Of a DNA stretch of 64,000 bases, positions 59,559 through 64,000 are shown in pieces. The stretch's first letter is position 1; the number at the start of each line of letters is the position of its first letter. The translations under genes were made by a program, and so were the position numbers. Location of the stretch: positions 94,118,001 to 94,182,000 of the forward strand of contig OZ076409.1 of NCBI GenBank assembly GCA_964187785.1, written 5' to 3'. The stretch comes from Amphiscolops sp. MND2022. Taxonomy: Eukaryota. Under the pieces are notes generated by a model that was given only the letters and a program-made list of their open reading frames with translations, ran no database searches and was not told where the DNA came from.

Positions 59559-62500
59559 TTATTCTGTTTTGTTGTCTGTTTCTTGAGGGTGTTCTAGAGA
59601 TCTTGATCTAAAATCTCTAGGTCTTGATGGAGATCTATATGGATAATTATATCGTTTAAAGGAGTTTCCTTGTGATTGAGAACGAGATCTGTATCTTGAG
59701 CGAGAATTATATCTGTAATTTGAGTTATTTCTGTATGGAGATCTATATGGAGATCTAGATGGAGTTCTTCTTTGATAATAATTATCAAATCGAGATCTAT
59801 ACGGACTTCGGGATCGAATATAATATCTTTGTCGAGAGTTTGATCTATAGTTGTTTTGCGAATATTCTCTACTATTGCTACGATATCTATCATTGTTTCT
59901 GTATCTATCATTATAGTAGGTTTGATTATATTTATTACGATCATTATCTGAGGAATAAAAGTTTGTATTTTCATTTCGATTTTCCTGAGGATTATTAGGT
60001 TTACTGCGAAAATATTGTACAAAGGATTGTTGAGGAGTTCGTGATCTTTGGTTATTGTATTTCTGGTATTCGTCATCACGTTGTTTTTGATAACAATTTG
60101 AAATACTATGATTATTTTTATGACAATAGGAACAATATTGTCTATACGCTGGTTTGCTTTTGTTATTTGGGTCTCCAGTTTGAGTAACCATTATCTGATC
60201 TTCGTATTCAAATTCTTTTTTGTTAGTATCCTCTTCAAGCGATACTTTGTTTATTTCTAGGGCTAAGTCGTTAGTTCTGATTTTTTCATTAGCAATATCT
60301 TCTGAATCGACATGTCTAACAAGTGTATGAAATGGTATTGAAGGTTCAAGTAATGTTGATACATGTTTAACTTGTCGTTTATGGGCAAAATCTTTTAACT
60401 TCTTTGGTAACCCTTTTGTAAAGATTTCATTACTTTTGAGATTTATGGTAGCTGCATTTTCATTACACAATCCCTTTTTAACTAATTGTTGTACTCTAAG
60501 GGCGAAGTGGCGAACTGTTTCATTATCCTTTTTCATGAGTGACATAGCTTCTACTTGAGCGTAGTAAGCAGTTTTTTGAGATGAGAATTGTTTTTTGAAT
60601 AGTTGTACAAAAGAATTCCATTGTTGTTTACATGATATATGGAGGTTAGTGTACCAATCGAGAGCTGTTCCTATTAATGAACATTGTATGTAAGCCATGC
60701 GTCTATTATGCCAAGATTTGTATTTTATAGGATTATTTTGAGGTTCTTCACCTATGGCGAAGGTTAGTCTGGCTTCGACTTGTTGTAGATATTCTTCGGG
60801 GGTGTAAGAATGGTCCAAACCATCAAAAGGTTTCATAGATTCTGGTATTGAAGCGGACATGTTTATAAAGGTATCTTGTGGCATTGGTAGATATTGGGGT
60901 GGAGGAGCTAATTGTTGTGTGAGTGGTGGAGGTATATGTTGGATTGTATTTGGTGGTAATGGGTTAGGATTAGGGTTAGGATTTGGATTTGGATGCGTTT
61001 GATATAGAGGATCAGTTGGTATATGTGTGAGTGGAGGATTATGAAGTCTTCTTTGAGAATCCTGTGTAATATTAGAATAAGAAATGGAAGTACACGAGGT
61101 TCCTCGATTTTGAGAATATATATTCTGGGACGTATTGGTATTTGATAATTGTATGAAGGGGTTTTGTGTTGTTGAAATTGTATTAATTTGAGAGTGGTTT
61201 TGGTTTATATTTGTATTGGTAGTTGTGTTTGATGGAGGATAAAAGTTATAATCAAATGGATCGTAATATCGGTTGGAAGTTTGAGGATTATCATTAAAAT
61301 TGTTACTAGAAGTGGTCGATCTGTTTGAGCGAAAGGCGGAGGGAATTGATGGAGGATCATATCTAGGTCGAGTAATGTATCTTGTAGAATCAGAGGTAGT
61401 TCTTGTTGGAGATGCAACATTAGCAGAAGTATTCTGAGCACTAGATGTAGTCATAGTATTATATTGTAATGTATCATGGGTTTCATCGCTTATGTCATCT
61501 GTATGTGGAAGGTTAAAAGTTATATTACGGTTTGGAGATGTATCTAGATGAGATTGAGGACTATGTATATTTTGTCTTTGATTTACAACTCTAGTGGGAA
61601 CTCTAAAGGAATGAGTATGTACTGATGTTGATGTCCCTGTTTGTGATGGATTATATGTTGAGATTGTAGATTCTTGGGTAGTAAACTCGTTATCGTTATA
61701 GTTTTCAGGTTGATTTTGTTGTTGGGTTGTATTTTCCTGATCGGTGTTATCATCTTCAGTAGAATTGTTAGTGTTAAAATGTAAATTTTGTTGATCTTGA
61801 GAATTTTGTTGATAGTGGTAAGGTCTATTATCTGGGAATATATCATTTTCTGTAATTAATAGAGGATCGAAACGTATGTAATCTAAGGTTTGTTTTGTAA
61901 TTAATTGTGGTTTATGAAAGTAAGGGTGTTCATTTTGTTCACTGATGATGAATGGTAAACATTCTTCTAATGTAAATTGATCTGGAAATTCTGTAAAAGC
62001 AGATTGATCTTGTTGAGACCATAATTGTTGATAATTAAATCTGAAATATTTTCTGAGAAATAAAGATATTACTTTGATCTGAGGAATTGTTTGGTCATTT
62101 AATGTTAGATCTTTGAAGTAGTGGTAGATGAAATTTTGAATTCGTAATATATCAGCTTGTAACCAATGATGAGGGTTGTCTTCAGGATTAACCAATGTTT
62201 CAATAATTTCTACGTCGAAATTGTCTATGTATCGTTGAAGATCGTCGAGTGCATTTGGACTATATTTTGGAATTTCGTGTGCTAAATTGTGGTCTTTTAC
62301 ATTATTTAGAAAAGAATGAAAAACTTGTTTAATAGGAACTTGAAGGTTTATTGGGTTTATTGTTCTTCTGTATATATGAGATGAGTTAAGTTTTTGTTGA
62401 GGAAAGGATATTTGAAAAGTTGGGTATTCTTCGGTGATTGTTAAAACTTTATATCTAATATAGAAAAGGTATGTGTCCAAATGTTCTCTAATAAGAGGGA

Positions 62501-62654
62501 TTGTTTCAATTGTGTGTTGTTCATTTTCAAATGGGAGTGGTTGTGTATAATGTGAAAGAATGTTTTGTAGAAATGGGTTTAGTTCTAATTTTACAACTTT
62601 TGCATTTTTAATGACGGGAGTTTGGAAAGGTAGAGGGGTTGTCGTTGAGGACAT
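59559..62654 (-). CDS. gag: Gag of element 2 (1031 aa; long low-complexity N-terminal half, Zn knuckle, Arg/Ser/Tyr-rich tail)
   Basis: MKPFDGLD...YLQQVE and LIGTALDWY capsid-like motifs; CSYCHKNNHSISNC knuckle; RSRSPYRS repeats. Confidence 0.85.
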   Translation of the reverse strand: MSSTTTPLPFQTPVIKNAKVVKLELNPFLQNILSHYTQPLPFENEQHTIETIPLIREHLDTYLFYIRYKVLTITEEYPTFQISFPQQKLNSSHIYRRTINPINLQVPIKQVFHSFLNNVKDHNLAHEIPKYSPNALDDLQRYIDNFDVEIIETLVNPEDNPHHWLQADILRIQNFIYHYFKDLTLNDQTIPQIKVISLFLRKYFRFNYQQLWSQQDQSAFTEFPDQFTLEECLPFIISEQNEHPYFHKPQLITKQTLDYIRFDPLLITENDIFPDNRPYHYQQNSQDQQNLHFNTNNSTEDDNTDQENTTQQQNQPENYNDNEFTTQESTISTYNPSQTGTSTSVHTHSFRVPTRVVNQRQNIHSPQSHLDTSPNRNITFNLPHTDDISDETHDTLQYNTMTTSSAQNTSANVASPTRTTSDSTRYITRPRYDPPSIPSAFRSNRSTTSSNNFNDNPQTSNRYYDPFDYNFYPPSNTTTNTNINQNHSQINTISTTQNPFIQLSNTNTSQNIYSQNRGTSCTSISYSNITQDSQRRLHNPPLTHIPTDPLYQTHPNPNPNPNPNPLPPNTIQHIPPPLTQQLAPPPQYLPMPQDTFINMSASIPESMKPFDGLDHSYTPEEYLQQVEARLTFAIGEEPQNNPIKYKSWHNRRMAYIQCSLIGTALDWYTNLHISCKQQWNSFVQLFKKQFSSQKTAYYAQVEAMSLMKKDNETVRHFALRVQQLVKKGLCNENAATINLKSNEIFTKGLPKKLKDFAHKRQVKHVSTLLEPSIPFHTLVRHVDSEDIANEKIRTNDLALEINKVSLEEDTNKKEFEYEDQIMVTQTGDPNNKSKPAYRQYCSYCHKNNHSISNCYQKQRDDEYQKYNNQRSRTPQQSFVQYFRSKPNNPQENRNENTNFYSSDNDRNKYNQTYYNDRYRNNDRYRSNSREYSQNNYRSNSRQRYYIRSRSPYRSRFDNYYQRRTPSRSPYRSPYRNNSNYRYNSRSRYRSRSQSQGNSFKRYNYPYRSPSRPRDFRSRSLEHPQETDNKTE

Positions 62655-64000
62655 TTTTAAAGTTTATCTCTTATCACTGTAAGTATTTTTCCAAGAAGAA
62701 CACAAACTATAAATAAGACACAAAACGTGTATGTTGTAATGAGTACTACTGTGGTAACCTTTTCCCACATGTTGTAATGTGAAGGTTATAACGTTGAAAT
62801 GTCTTGTATGAAGATTTTCTAAGTTCGAGCTCTTGGGTAATTTCTTTGTTGATTTATGATAAAGAAGAAATATCGTTGATATCGTTCAATTAATCTTTCA
62901 AAATCGTTTGGTGTAGGGTTTTGAAGTGAGCTAATTGGTGGAATGTAAAGTTGAAAGGATAAATTTCTTGGTTTGGGTTCATATAAGTTGTATTGTAATT
63001 TGAAGTTGTTTGAGAAGTTAATATTTTAGGATAGAGAAGAAATAAGCGGGTGCAGTAGGATCTGTATTCAACCTCAAAGGATTGCTAACAGAAACTAAAT
63101 GTTATTTTAAGTCTGGATCACTTTAAGGTGTCTAATATAAGGTTACTGACACGTCCAGAAAAAACTAAGGTTGTTTTAATTTTAAGTGGGTTGTGTGTTT
63201 TAAGACTAAAGGAGTGGAACTCTGAAAAATCAACGTCCACTATCCAAAGTCTGATCAATACTGATCAAGATCAAAATTTGATCTTTGTTTCTTTTACTTT
63301 TACTTTTACTTCCTGAGAATTTTGAAGATTCGAACGTAGTTCGGTGTCCTCTCGAGTCTCCTTAAAAACGTTTACACTTAATTAAGGTTTTTAGTCAGTC
63401 TTAGAATCAGAGTACGCTGGTGAGGCTATCTGATTGGCTACGTCTTACGGGAGGGAATAGGAATTGTGGGTGCCTGAAAGTAGAAAACTAACTTTACTTT
63501 GTTTGTGTTATTTACATGCCTTATTTTAAGTTTTAAAGCAAAAGAGTTGTGAAAATTGTATGTTGTACTTTGTTAAAATAATTGTTTTGTAGGATTATGT
63601 TAAAATTATTATTATTGGAAGTACTTGAGGTAAGTTTGAGTTTATTTGTTATTGTTATTTTTGTTGGTTATTGAAAACATTTTTGAAATTATTTGTATTA
63701 TTTAAGTTTTGTGAATTTATTTGTATTGTTTGTCGACAATAGGGAAAGAAAGGGAATAGTGCGTGATTGTTTTTGGTAGTTAGTCTTGGTTGCCTTTTTT
63801 TGTTTTCAGAGTCTATTTCTGAAATTTTTTTGTAGGAAGTTTTGTAGAAAGGGGATCCGAAACGTTAAAGTAGAAAATCCAGGTTTTCTGCCAACACGAA
63901 GTTGATCTTGAGACGTATGTGCTTATAGGTGAGCGGAGTTGGACATGCACTCAGTCAACTATTACACCAGGAGTCCACCTGACGTTCAAGATAGCAGGAT

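Larger units (their letters stand above)
46180..64000 (-). mobile_element. Element 2: large env-bearing Ty3/Gypsy-type retroelement, decaying, 5' end beyond window
   Basis: gag-PR-RT-RH-IN-accessory-env-accessory all on the minus strand; strong strand bias (T/G-rich plus strand) throughout. Confidence 0.88.

Noticed and set aside
63300..64000. 5' LTR or PBS of element 2
   Set aside because: No match to 46180-46636 and no convincing CA-TGG junction on the minus strand; probably outside the window.

Overview
AT-rich eukaryotic DNA (spliceosomal introns, probably an invertebrate animal; the species cannot be identified from sequence alone) dominated by LTR retrotransposons. (1) 1-4768 is a ~2.75-kb tandem duplication next to a 200-N gap, with Helentron/DINE-1-like non-autonomous elements. 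(2) 6615-8699 (-) holds three exons of a host FN3-domain gene with a GPI-signal-like tail. (3) 9314-40204 is a young head-to-tail dimer of a Ty3/Gypsy element (element 1): three 2345-bp LTRs, one 5-bp TSD (GAAGG), ~14.27-kb repeat period. Gag starts inside the LTR and reads through the PBS. Pol is reached by a -1 slippery site with a predicted pseudoknot. A 301-aa ORF crosses the PPT into U3. Most notably, each copy carries an ANTISENSE 7-exon/6-intron gene (predicted 1109 aa) whose product resembles a BED-type Zn-finger hAT transposase lacking catalytic residues. (4) ~45.5-46.0 kb is a decayed relative of the same family. (5) ~46.2-64 kb (-) is a second, >17-kb decaying Gypsy-type element (element 2) with a formerly single gag-pol ORF, an RS-rich Gag tail, a class III (chuvirus G/herpes gB-like) envelope and several unknown accessory ORFs; its 5' end lies outside the window. 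All protein family assignments are motif recognition by eye, not database results.
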